From a virus (taxonomy: Duplodnaviria; Caudoviricetes), in IMG/VR virus record IMGVR_UViG_3300033463_000004, positions 128,001 through 192,000 of that record: 64,000 bases of DNA, one strand, 5' to 3'. The notes beneath the pieces are model-generated. The model was not told where the DNA came from. It saw nothing but the letters and a program-made list of their open reading frames with translations, and ran no database searches. Position 1 is the first letter of the stretch. Every line of letters starts with the position of its first letter. Below are positions 9,957 through 18,922 of the stretch, piece by piece. A program made the position numbers and the translations under genes.

Positions 9957-12233
9957 ATGGCAGAAGAATTTTATGATGATGACATTCAAAGTGTTGACTT
10001 GAATGAAGTTTCTAAGAAGTACATGTCATTATATGGCATGAACATTATATTGCAACGCGCAATTCCAATGTTGACCGATGGATTGAAGCCAATCCACCGA
10101 AGAATTATATGGGCGATCAAACGTGCATCGAATGGAAGTCCAATGAAAGTTGCAGAGATTCAAGGTGACACTATGAAGTTTTCTCCACATAGTGAATTGG
10201 GTACACGTTTCATTGTTGCAGGTTTAGCACAACCGTTTGCGAATAATGTTCCGTTGTTGGCATCGTCTTCTGGTTATGGCACCCCAACATGTGGTGATGA
10301 TGTTGCTGCCGCAAGATATTGGAGTGCTGGAATATCAAAATTTGCAATGGAAGTATTTTTCTCTGAATTTGACCCAAACGTAAACATGAAAGACAACTAT
10401 GATGGCAAATATAAAGAACCTATTACATTTCCTGCAAAGTTTCCGACGATTCTATTGAACGGATCTCATGGTATCGCATACTCAATGTCATCTGATATTC
10501 TTCCATATAATATCAATGAAGTTGCAGATGCAACAATTAAACTTCTGAAGAATCCTGATGCAAAAGTTCATTTGATTCCAGATTCACCGACATGGTGTGA
10601 TGTTATCAAACGTGATGATACGACGTTTGTATTCCAATCGTCATATGATGTTGATAATATCAATTATAAAATTATCATTATGAATACACCACCTGGTGAA
10701 TATTTACAAGACATTGATAAGAAACTCCGTGAAATACAGGATTCGCCAAATCCGATTAAGGAAATCATATCTGCTGATAATGAATCGGATTTGGCAGAAG
10801 GTGTATTCAAATATGTGATTCGGTGCAAGCCGTGTAATTTGTATCAAGTTATCAATACATTATTCCGTCGCGTACCCGGATTCCGTATTACAGTATCTAC
10901 ACGCAATTGTAGTGTTGTTGATGCTTCTTTGCAAACACGGTATTACAATGAACGGCAAATTCTGTTATCATGGATTAAGAATCGTTTAACTGAAAAACGT
11001 GCATGGTTCTTGAGAAAGTTAGTTGATGCTTCGACGGAATATAACATGTTAGAAGGTAAACGATTTATGTTATCTCCAGAGAATTTACAGAAGACAATTA
11101 AAGCATTCCGTGGCTGTGAAGAAGAATCCGAAATCATTCAAAAGTTGGTTGACACATATAAGGGAAAAGTCACAACATCACAAGCAAATTATGTTTCCGG
11201 AATGAAACTTGCAAAATTAACAAACGGCGAATACAAACGAACTGTTGAACGAATGGATGTCGTCTCAGAAGAAATCAAACGATTGAAGACAATTGTAAAT
11301 GATCCAGATTGTATCCGTGATGAAATCATAAATGACATAAAAAATATTCGAACAAACTTTGGACATCCTAGACGTTCAAAGATTCTGAACAATCAGAATG
11401 GTGATAATGTCAATATCGGTATCTGTCAAATATTAACGGATGGGACTGTTGTATTTTCTGAGACAGAAAATCCAAATCATTTTGCATCTGATGTAACTCC
11501 AATTGATGGTGACGAAGTTTGTCTGATCGATCAATATGGTAAATCATTATGGGTGAATGTAAATCAAGTTCCACATGATAAACCGATTACTTTAACATCG
11601 ATCGGGAAAGAACCAATGAGTGCGTGCATTGCAGTTGTTCCCAGATCGTCTAGGTCAATCGTGATGCTGTCAAATAAAGGACGTATCAAATTGATGCCAA
11701 TCGAAAAGATTCCTTCTAATCAGTCACGTAAAGCATTGATTCCTTTAAATGATGATGAACATCTTGTGACAATTCTGAATGTAGATCAATCCTCTGAGGA
11801 TTTACTCGTTTATACTTCTGACGGTTACGGGAAGCGTTTTTCTGTCGCTGATTTAAATTCTGTGAATTCGCCTGATGCACAAGGACAGTTCATTGTCAAA
11901 GGATACGACGTTGCTGGAGTCTTCGCAATAAGCTCCAGTAAGCCGTATATTTTCTATGCTACCCGACTGGGAAGAGTTCGTTTGAATAATGCTCGATTCC
12001 TTGTATCCGGAAAGAAGTTTGGCGGTTTGAAACCAATCATCAAGCTTTCCCCACAAGATGATTTAGTATCTGTTTTCTGTGCAGACAAAGATCAATCTGT
12101 TACATTATATCATGCAGATGGACGAGCTTCTACCGTTAATATCGATTCATTGGCAGTTGTCACGATGAACACACCTCCGGCCAAACCAAAACATGTTCCC
12201 GCAGTAAAAGTAATCCGAGCAACATTATCGTGA
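9957..12233 (+). CDS. gyrA: Type IIA topoisomerase subunit A (GyrA/ParC-like) with C-terminal pinwheel repeats
   Basis: 'RAIPMLTDGLKPIHRRI', catalytic 'AAARY', 'LLNGSHGIA', 'FGHPRRSKI'. Confidence 0.85.
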   Translation: MAEEFYDDDIQSVDLNEVSKKYMSLYGMNIILQRAIPMLTDGLKPIHRRIIWAIKRASNGSPMKVAEIQGDTMKFSPHSELGTRFIVAGLAQPFANNVPLLASSSGYGTPTCGDDVAAARYWSAGISKFAMEVFFSEFDPNVNMKDNYDGKYKEPITFPAKFPTILLNGSHGIAYSMSSDILPYNINEVADATIKLLKNPDAKVHLIPDSPTWCDVIKRDDTTFVFQSSYDVDNINYKIIIMNTPPGEYLQDIDKKLREIQDSPNPIKEIISADNESDLAEGVFKYVIRCKPCNLYQVINTLFRRVPGFRITVSTRNCSVVDASLQTRYYNERQILLSWIKNRLTEKRAWFLRKLVDASTEYNMLEGKRFMLSPENLQKTIKAFRGCEEESEIIQKLVDTYKGKVTTSQANYVSGMKLAKLTNGEYKRTVERMDVVSEEIKRLKTIVNDPDCIRDEIINDIKNIRTNFGHPRRSKILNNQNGDNVNIGICQILTDGTVVFSETENPNHFASDVTPIDGDEVCLIDQYGKSLWVNVNQVPHDKPITLTSIGKEPMSACIAVVPRSSRSIVMLSNKGRIKLMPIEKIPSNQSRKALIPLNDDEHLVTILNVDQSSEDLLVYTSDGYGKRFSVADLNSVNSPDAQGQFIVKGYDVAGVFAISSSKPYIFYATRLGRVRLNNARFLVSGKKFGGLKPIIKLSPQDDLVSVFCADKDQSVTLYHADGRASTVNIDSLAVVTMNTPPAKPKHVPAVKVIRATLS

Positions 12234-12248
12234 AAGGAATGACCAAAG

Positions 12249-12467
12249 ATGTTTAAGAAATTATTCAAAAAGAAGAAAGTATCATCATTGGCAGAAATTA
12301 GAGAGAAAGACGGTCATAAGGTATTGACAAAAACTGAAGATTTCCGTTTATATGTGATACGTGATAATTCTGATGAAATACTCGGGACGATTCTATTGAC
12401 TGAAGGACAACAAAATGTGTTGAATAAGTCAATTAATGATCAAGGAATTCATTTCACAAGGAAGTGA
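12249..12467 (+). CDS. Small hypothetical protein
   Basis: RBS GAAAGGA; lies in the operon between the topoisomerase and helicase genes. Confidence 0.65.
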   Translation: MFKKLFKKKKVSSLAEIREKDGHKVLTKTEDFRLYVIRDNSDEILGTILLTEGQQNVLNKSINDQGIHFTRK

Positions 12468-12472
12468 TGTAA

Positions 12473-14005
12473 TTGTCATTTAAAGTGACAATTCGTGCGA
12501 CGTCGATAACGGTGCGACCGGGAATAGAAGCGATGGTCCCGTTAGCACCGTTATTGGCAATGCATGAGTATGAAGACGAATACCAAGATACTACCGCAGT
12601 TCTTGGATATATGCTTGACGAAGAGCATGACGTTTTGTATCTTCATAAAGGTGTCGATATAGAATATCTTCGTCGATTATTGAAAGATATTGAATTCGAA
12701 TATGACAGATTCGATGAATATAAACAAATGAATTATGAATTCGAAGAAGCTTTTTCTCCACGTGATGAAGATCAGCAAGATGTGATAGACTTTATATCAG
12801 GAAAACCTCCATATCGTGATTCAATAAATGAATCGCAGATATTTGTTGTTAAGAAAGGTGGATTCGGCAAGACATATTGTTCTGGATATGCTTTAGGTGT
12901 TTTAGGTATGAAAACATTGATTATCATGCATCGTGATGCACTTCGAACACAATGGGTGAAATCATTGTACGATTTGAATGGATACCCCTCATCTGCAGTG
13001 TATGAACTAACATCTTCCGAAGAACTAGAAGCAATTGCTCATGGACAAATAAAGCTTGATTATGATGTGTATCTCATGACACATGCAACATTCCAAGCTG
13101 CATGTAATCGAATCCGTGATTGTGAGCTGATTCATAATATAACGAAAAATCTAAACATCGGTTTCAAGATTATTGATGAAGCACATTTATATTTCAAAGA
13201 TACATTATTGATGGATTTTCTGTTTAATGTAAAACGAAACTTGTATTTGACAGCAACAGATGGTAGATCATCAAAGGATGAAAATGCAATTTTCAGACAT
13301 GTCTTTTCCAAATCTGTGTTTTACAGAAAAGCTTCTACGTCTGAAACAGAAAAACACCCAGACAAATGGGTTGAATATATAACAGTAGACATCAATACAC
13401 ACTGCAAACCAAACATTTACAAATATCGAGTAAATGGTGGTCGTGGTATGTCTGCGGTCACATATGGAAAATGGGTTATCCAATATGATAAAAAACAAAC
13501 CCATTTCAAAGTATGCCGTGATATCATAAAAGAAATCTATGCGAATGAATCATCAGCCAAAGTTATTGTATTTATGCCATTGATTGATTTATGTACCGAT
13601 TGTGCATATTTCTTAAATATGGAATTAAACAATGATGAATCGTTTGAATATTCACTTGACATCAAAACAGTTAATTCACATAATTCAAAATCGGATAATG
13701 AATATAACAAACATCATGCTGACATCATTGTCACAACTGTACAATCGCTCGGAACTGGTTCGGACATTAAAGGTATTACCGATATCATAAATTGTTCACC
13801 AATCGTTTCGAAAATTGTTGTGCAGCAAGTTATGTGGCGTATTCGTTATATTCCAAAACCATGTCATTACTATGACATTGTTGATATATCCGTACCAATG
13901 GATCGTCATTGGTGGAATTCTCGTAAGAAAACATTGAAAGCAATGTGTACAAAATATTCACACATTTCATGGACTGACGAGGAGGAAGAAAATGACTCCA
14001 ATTAA
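12473..14005 (+). CDS. Superfamily 2 helicase (UvsW-like)
   Basis: Walker A GGFGKT, DEAH, motif III LTAT, 'LGTGSDI', 'QVMWRIR'. Confidence 0.85.
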   Translation: MSFKVTIRATSITVRPGIEAMVPLAPLLAMHEYEDEYQDTTAVLGYMLDEEHDVLYLHKGVDIEYLRRLLKDIEFEYDRFDEYKQMNYEFEEAFSPRDEDQQDVIDFISGKPPYRDSINESQIFVVKKGGFGKTYCSGYALGVLGMKTLIIMHRDALRTQWVKSLYDLNGYPSSAVYELTSSEELEAIAHGQIKLDYDVYLMTHATFQAACNRIRDCELIHNITKNLNIGFKIIDEAHLYFKDTLLMDFLFNVKRNLYLTATDGRSSKDENAIFRHVFSKSVFYRKASTSETEKHPDKWVEYITVDINTHCKPNIYKYRVNGGRGMSAVTYGKWVIQYDKKQTHFKVCRDIIKEIYANESSAKVIVFMPLIDLCTDCAYFLNMELNNDESFEYSLDIKTVNSHNSKSDNEYNKHHADIIVTTVQSLGTGSDIKGITDIINCSPIVSKIVVQQVMWRIRYIPKPCHYYDIVDISVPMDRHWWNSRKKTLKAMCTKYSHISWTDEEEENDSN

Positions 14006-14360
14006 AACAATAACCGAATTGTTACATCGATCTTATACGCGATCTCAAATCCATATATTTATAATGGGAATTCCATTGTTATTGTATTTCATTCTAACGC
14101 ATGTTGATAGCTTAACTAATCTACAACGGTTCTTAATTGTAATAATTACATATCGAATTCTATGGAGAATCGTTTCATATATCGATCGCAAATATTGTGA
14201 TCGATTAATAAAGCTTTATAACAAAATGCGTGAAGAAGAAAATCATGAATTTGCAACACTTATCATCGATGGTAAATTATATACGGATAATCGTATTATG
14301 GATATCATCGAAGAAATGGGTAAAATCATGATTGAACACGAGCAAACAAAAAGTGATTAA
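13992..14360 (+). CDS. Hypothetical membrane protein with two TM segments
   Basis: Two hydrophobic segments; RBS GAGGAGG. Confidence 0.6.
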   Translation: MTPIKTITELLHRSYTRSQIHIFIMGIPLLLYFILTHVDSLTNLQRFLIVIITYRILWRIVSYIDRKYCDRLIKLYNKMREEENHEFATLIIDGKLYTDNRIMDIIEEMGKIMIEHEQTKSD

Positions 14361-14391
14361 TATGGAGGGGCAAAGCCCCTCCATATTAATC
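14355..14391. terminator. Bidirectional terminator
   Basis: GATTAATATGGAGGGGC-AAA-GCCCCTCCATATTAATC between convergent genes. Confidence 0.8.
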
Positions 14392-14886
14392 TTATTCAGT
14401 TTCTTCTTTGTCGGTGTCTTTTGGAAATACATTCGGTGGGTCTGTATGTGACGGGAACTCAATAGAAGGATCAAGATCTTGAAGAGTTTTTTCAAGCCAG
14501 TCACGATAACGTTTATCATCACCGGTAACCCAGTTCATCAATGATGTAAGCTTCTGTTTCAAATCGTCAACACTTGATTTCAACGATGTTGATTCAGCAT
14601 GAAGCTTTTCATTTGATTCACGAAGTTCTTTGATCTCTTCTTTGAGTTCATCAATGGTTGCCTTGGCGGTATCTTTAAACTCATTGAATTGAGCCTTTGT
14701 CTCTTCATTGAGTTCCTTAAAAGATTTCTTGATATATTCCATCTCAGTCTCTTCGTTCTGTACACGAATAGAGTCTGCTTCAGCTTTGAATTTCTTTCGG
14801 GATAATACTGTCGTCAAGATGGATGTGATACCACCACCGCCAAGTGCACTGACAATTGCAATGACTACATCTGAAGTGTCCATCAT
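14392..14886 (-). CDS. N-terminal TM plus coiled-coil protein (possibly lysis-associated)
   Basis: 'VVIAIVSALGGGGITSILT..RKK' followed by heptad repeats. Confidence 0.6.
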   Translation of the reverse strand: MMDTSDVVIAIVSALGGGGITSILTTVLSRKKFKAEADSIRVQNEETEMEYIKKSFKELNEETKAQFNEFKDTAKATIDELKEEIKELRESNEKLHAESTSLKSSVDDLKQKLTSLMNWVTGDDKRYRDWLEKTLQDLDPSIEFPSHTDPPNVFPKDTDKEETE

Positions 14887-15016
14887 ATTTACCTCATTTC
14901 TATTTTAAATTGGTGGATAATGGTAAGATATACTTACTTACATTTGAGTCCGGGTTACACAAAATCGGTAACATATCAAAAATGATATGTAATTTTATTT
15001 ACATTGGAGGGTATCA

Positions 15017-15241
15017 ATGAAAAAAGGAACTATAATCAAACGTATTGTTATTTCAAATGATGGTAAAATAACGGCATATGCAGCTGTCCGAAATGGTGAA
15101 GAGTTTGTTTTACCGTTGACACGATCACAACGTAATGTATTCAGTCGATGGGGCAAAAAAGATTTCTTTGATGCCGTCCGTTCTGAATTTGGTATCGACT
15201 CAATTATTGATGAAAATACTTTTAAAATGGAAAAGAATTAA
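15017..15241 (+). CDS. Small hypothetical protein
   Basis: RBS GGAGG; followed by a terminator. Confidence 0.6.
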   Translation: MKKGTIIKRIVISNDGKITAYAAVRNGEEFVLPLTRSQRNVFSRWGKKDFFDAVRSEFGIDSIIDENTFKMEKN

Positions 15242-15245
15242 TTGA

Positions 15246-15272
15246 TTGGAGGGGAGATAAACTCCCCTCCAA
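15246..15272. terminator. Terminator hairpin between convergent genes
   Basis: TTGGAGGGGAG-ATAAA-CTCCCCTCCAA. Confidence 0.7.
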
Positions 15273-15280
15273 ACTCAATA

Positions 15281-15703
15281 TTAGCTGTCTTCGGATTCTG
15301 TTTCGGTTTCTTCCTCCGAAACATCATCACATTCAATCGGAGACTCATCGTCAATATCATCAATATCAACGATTGCATCTTCTTCGATTTCTTCTGTTAC
15401 GGATTCTTCTTCATCATTAGATGTAGGCGATTTCTTCAATTGTTTGAATACCTGATGGTATCCTGTTGCAGAAGCACCAGAAGCAAGACCGAAGAAAATT
15501 GCTTCGACAATGTTATTGCCCATTGTGACATTTGGCATGAAGTATCCGATTATGCCAAGAATCACACCGAATACGAGAGAGAAGATCGGAATGTATCGTT
15601 TGATCTTTTCCTCGTCACCTGTGATTGCAACAGCGATAATTTTTACGACTTCATTCAAAGCGACAACAAACGCGGCAAGAGTAATTGCTGTGAATTCCAA
15701 CAT
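15281..15703 (-). CDS. Holin (three TM segments, acidic tail)
   Basis: 'KRYIPIFSLVFGVILG', 'GLASGASATGYHQVFKQL' are typical Firmicute phage holin motifs; RBS AAAGGAGA. Confidence 0.8.
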   Translation of the reverse strand: MLEFTAITLAAFVVALNEVVKIIAVAITGDEEKIKRYIPIFSLVFGVILGIIGYFMPNVTMGNNIVEAIFFGLASGASATGYHQVFKQLKKSPTSNDEEESVTEEIEEDAIVDIDDIDDESPIECDDVSEEETETESEDS

Positions 15704-15787
15704 AAAAATCTCTCCTTTACATATATATTCTTCATTCGATATCAACAACAGTGTGTTGTGATATTAATAATTCGTGGAGGTGTTCTT

Positions 15788-15961
15788 TTGGATATTTTCA
15801 AGAGACCTAAAACAAAACCGAAAAAGGTGCATCGTTTAGATGTGCATCGGATCGTAACCGTAAAACGTCGTGATATGCGAGAGTATATCATAAATGGTGA
15901 AAAGATTCCTGATGTTGTCAGAAAACCTGAAGTGAGGAGTGAAAATACAAATGGCGATTGA
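15788..15961 (+). CDS. Small basic hypothetical protein (TTG start)
   Basis: GGAGG 7 nt before TTG; TATATTCTT plus hairpin upstream (15724-15765). Confidence 0.5.
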   Translation: MDIFKRPKTKPKKVHRLDVHRIVTVKRRDMREYIINGEKIPDVVRKPEVRSENTNGD

Positions 15962-16532
15962 TCCCAGAATTTTAAAACCGACACCAAAACATATTGACAT
16001 TACTGAAGAGCGTGATGTTTCTGAGGAAGTTATGGAACACGCCGAAGAACATACTGTTGATGAATCTACTATTCCATCAGATGATGAGATGCCTGTTAAT
16101 GGTATCATATTCCATTCTATGGATGGTAAAAGATATTTAATCAACAGAGATTCCATTAATTGGATGGATGCTGCGGCGAGTGTTCAGACAATTGAAAGTA
16201 ACCTGTTAGTTGTCAGACAGGTTCTTCAGCAATTGATTGCTTCCGCAGTTGAACCGAATTCAGAACCTGATACATCATTTGCTTTATCTGTTATCAAGGA
16301 TATTGTTGAAGGTTTTTGTAAACCAACATATACTGAATTATATTCTGGACTTGATACGGCAGATAATGATTATCATCTTGCCGTGTTATATTGTACGGAT
16401 GCGATTGAACTGATGAATATCATGTTGAAAGAAATCGCAGTTTTCAATGTGAGTAAATCATTTTCTGATTTATTTAATATCTATTCACAGGAGGAGATAC
16501 CCAATGACGATCACATTCAAGAAGATCAATGA
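15951..16532 (+). CDS. Hypothetical protein
   Basis: RBS GAGGAG; open frame; overlaps the next gene. Confidence 0.65.
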   Translation: MAIDPRILKPTPKHIDITEERDVSEEVMEHAEEHTVDESTIPSDDEMPVNGIIFHSMDGKRYLINRDSINWMDAAASVQTIESNLLVVRQVLQQLIASAVEPNSEPDTSFALSVIKDIVEGFCKPTYTELYSGLDTADNDYHLAVLYCTDAIELMNIMLKEIAVFNVSKSFSDLFNIYSQEEIPNDDHIQEDQ

Positions 16533-17358
16533 ACTGCCCGAGGGAATTCATAAGTTAACTGACAACTTTATGATTCTCGAAACCCCGCAGGATGATAAGG
16601 TTCAACTCGACCTTGTGTTTCCTGCAAAGAATGTAGAAGGAACTTACTATGATTTCATTGTAATTCCGGATGAGAGATATGGTTCTCTTACAGGTATTAT
16701 GCAGGAAATCATGAAGGGTCTTTACAGCAATGAAATTCAACTGGGAGATGCTGACGTAAATGATGTTATGCGTGCTGCAACAATTGCTTCCGGTGAATTG
16801 GCTGCAGATGGCCGCGATTATCAGAAACAGGAAGAAGATAATTCAAACAAAATCTTCTATCATCTGATCAATGGACAGATTATGTTTTCTGATGCAACCC
16901 AGATGAACTGGGATGAAAACATCAAAAACATGGGTAATACTATTTCTGCTGCAGATAGTGTTCGTCAGTTGATTGCACTGTTGGAATCTCGTGAAGAAGT
17001 TGAAATCAAATCTTCCGAAGAGGAAACAACTGGTGAGATGAAGTCTACGATTGAACTTGCCAAGGCTGAAATTGCAAAGTTCCATGAGATTCATAAGCTT
17101 GATATCGATTACAAAGTATTCGAAGAAGCAGGTATTGCAACTGAACGTGAACTGCTTGTTCTGAAGTTGATTGATATCCTTGAAGTTTATCAGCAGCTGA
17201 TTACAGCAACAGCTCTTGTCACAAATCAGCAGCAGCTCATTAATATGTATGAGCAGAGAATCAGAGAGTTGACAAATACAACATCTGAAACATCTGAAGA
17301 TGCTGGTGAAATGAAACCTATTGATGTTGAAGAAGTGACATCTGATAAGACGGAGTAA
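16504..17358 (+). CDS. Acidic hypothetical protein
   Basis: RBS AGGAGG; 284-aa ORF. Confidence 0.7.
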   Translation: MTITFKKINELPEGIHKLTDNFMILETPQDDKVQLDLVFPAKNVEGTYYDFIVIPDERYGSLTGIMQEIMKGLYSNEIQLGDADVNDVMRAATIASGELAADGRDYQKQEEDNSNKIFYHLINGQIMFSDATQMNWDENIKNMGNTISAADSVRQLIALLESREEVEIKSSEEETTGEMKSTIELAKAEIAKFHEIHKLDIDYKVFEEAGIATERELLVLKLIDILEVYQQLITATALVTNQQQLINMYEQRIRELTNTTSETSEDAGEMKPIDVEEVTSDKTE

Positions 17359-17460
17359 ATATATGAAAAAGGTACTGATCGGTTGTATGATTGGTGCCAT
17401 CGTAGCACTGGTCATTGAAAAATGCCATGAATTATATCAAAATAAATTAGAATCAGAACA

Positions 17461-17491
17461 AAGGGCAGCGGCTTCCCGCTGCCCTTATTTT
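17461..17491 (+). terminator. Intrinsic terminator
   Basis: AAGGGCAGCGG-CTTC-CCGCTGCCCTT-ATTTT. Confidence 0.7.
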
Positions 17492-17519
17492 GTTGAAACT
17501 GATTCGAAAGGAGAAAAAC

Positions 17520-18524
17520 ATGTCTTTCATTATTCACCATAATGATGACGATGGTAGATGTTCTGCAGCAATTATTTATAATGATTGCTGTATGGCGGAT
17601 CCATCTATGGAAATTCAAGGAAAGATATTTGAATATTCACACGGAAAAGATTTTCCCACAATTAACCCAGAAGAAATTCAGAAGAATGATACAATCTATA
17701 TTGTTGATCTTGCTTTAGATTGGACCATCTTCAATTTCATGGTTAATGTATTGCATGCATGTGAAAATGTAAATATTGTTCACATTGATCATCATCAAAG
17801 CACACTTACATTTATCGAGAGCCTTGATGAACAAGGAAAAGCGTTCATGAAGAACATCACGACAATGTACAAGATTGGTGTATCCGCAACAATCCTGTGT
17901 TGGGTTTATTCATGCATGAATGAAGATGAGAGAAAACGTCTCGATACAGTTGTCTGGGACAATACAGCACAGTTTTCTCATATTGGTATTGGTCCAGATT
18001 TTGATCATCTTCGTGAATATCGTGTACCAATGGTTGCACGTTTTATCAATGACTGGGATGTATGGATTCATGAATTAAGCGGGACGCGAGCATTCCATTA
18101 CGGTTTCTCATTAGAACAGGATAAGAAACCAACTAGCAGAGTTTGGGTTGATTTGTTATGGAGTACAAACAACAAAATGCTCAATGATAAATATGTTGAA
18201 CCCGGCAATGCAATTGTTGCATATAAGGATTCCGACGCAAAGAATTGCATGCAACAAGCGTTCCAATATGACCTTGAATACAATGGGAAAACCATTAAAG
18301 TTCTTATGGTAAATGCACGTGGAGATTCATTCTTATTTGGTGATCTGATAAAAGACTATGATGCAGTATGCATGTTCTGGAGAACTGCTGCGAAGTGGTA
18401 TTATAGCTTTAGATCCGATGAGGAGAAAGGTGTTAACGTCGCTGAAATATGTGAATCATTTGGTGGTGGTGGACATATACACGCTGCTGGATTCACCAGT
18501 GATGAATTAATGTTTATCAAATAA
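17520..18524 (+). CDS. DHH/DHHA1 phosphoesterase (nanoRNase NrnA/NrnB-like)
   Basis: HHNDDDG, IVDL, IDHH, 'YSFRS', GGGGHIHAAGF; RBS GAAAGGAG. Confidence 0.85.
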   Translation: MSFIIHHNDDDGRCSAAIIYNDCCMADPSMEIQGKIFEYSHGKDFPTINPEEIQKNDTIYIVDLALDWTIFNFMVNVLHACENVNIVHIDHHQSTLTFIESLDEQGKAFMKNITTMYKIGVSATILCWVYSCMNEDERKRLDTVVWDNTAQFSHIGIGPDFDHLREYRVPMVARFINDWDVWIHELSGTRAFHYGFSLEQDKKPTSRVWVDLLWSTNNKMLNDKYVEPGNAIVAYKDSDAKNCMQQAFQYDLEYNGKTIKVLMVNARGDSFLFGDLIKDYDAVCMFWRTAAKWYYSFRSDEEKGVNVAEICESFGGGGHIHAAGFTSDELMFIK

Positions 18525-18530
18525 TGGGGA

Positions 18531-18565
18531 TTAATTGTGAGGGGCTGTTCGCCCCTCACAATTAA
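18531..18565. terminator. Terminator hairpin
   Basis: TTAATTGTGAGGGGC-TGTTC-GCCCCTCACAATTAA. Confidence 0.75.
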
Positions 18566-18903
18566 CCGTACCTTTGACGCGAGAAAATGCTTTCCTTTGA
18601 CACTACTGACCGACTATAAGGATCTCACAGAAGAAGTAGGTTGGACGGAACCTCATAGAAGACAATACCATCAGCTTGTGTCTATATATGTATCAAATCA
18701 CACAACATATGCATGTCATTTGTCATGTTCCGAATCTGTGTATGCGTGTCACAGATTGATGGCCATCTTTACGGATTCATATGATCATAATCTGAAAATA
18801 ATAAATGAGACTTTATTTTTTATAGACATAACCTGTCAAAGATATCTCTTGTATTACTTCGTCATATGATACATATTACATGACGCCTGACAATTCTATG
18901 CCA
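18566..18903 (-). ncRNA. Candidate ~340-nt structured non-coding RNA of unknown family
   Basis: No credible ORF; nested inverted repeats (18595-602/18834-841, 18679-686/18821-828) and several local hairpins; AACA-N6-TG at 18902-18913 on the minus strand; strand is tentative. Confidence 0.45.
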
Positions 18904-18922
18904 TGTAATTGTTAACATATCA

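Noticed and set aside
15242-15787. N-terminal part of the 239-aa + strand ORF
   Set aside because: Antisense shadow of the holin; only the part from TTG 15788 has an RBS.
17363-17542. 59-aa TM peptide ORF (MKKVLIGCMIGAIVALVIE...)
   Set aside because: Plausible, but the RBS is weak, it runs through a terminator hairpin and it overlaps the next gene; not supported well enough to list.
18537-18869. 110-aa ORF on the + strand
   Set aside because: Starts inside a terminator hairpin, has no RBS and has atypical composition.
18566-18922. tmRNA, RNase P RNA or group I intron
   Set aside because: No tRNA-like T-arm or CCA end, no GAGGAAAGUCC, and only one half of a P7-like GACUA/UAGUC pair on either strand.
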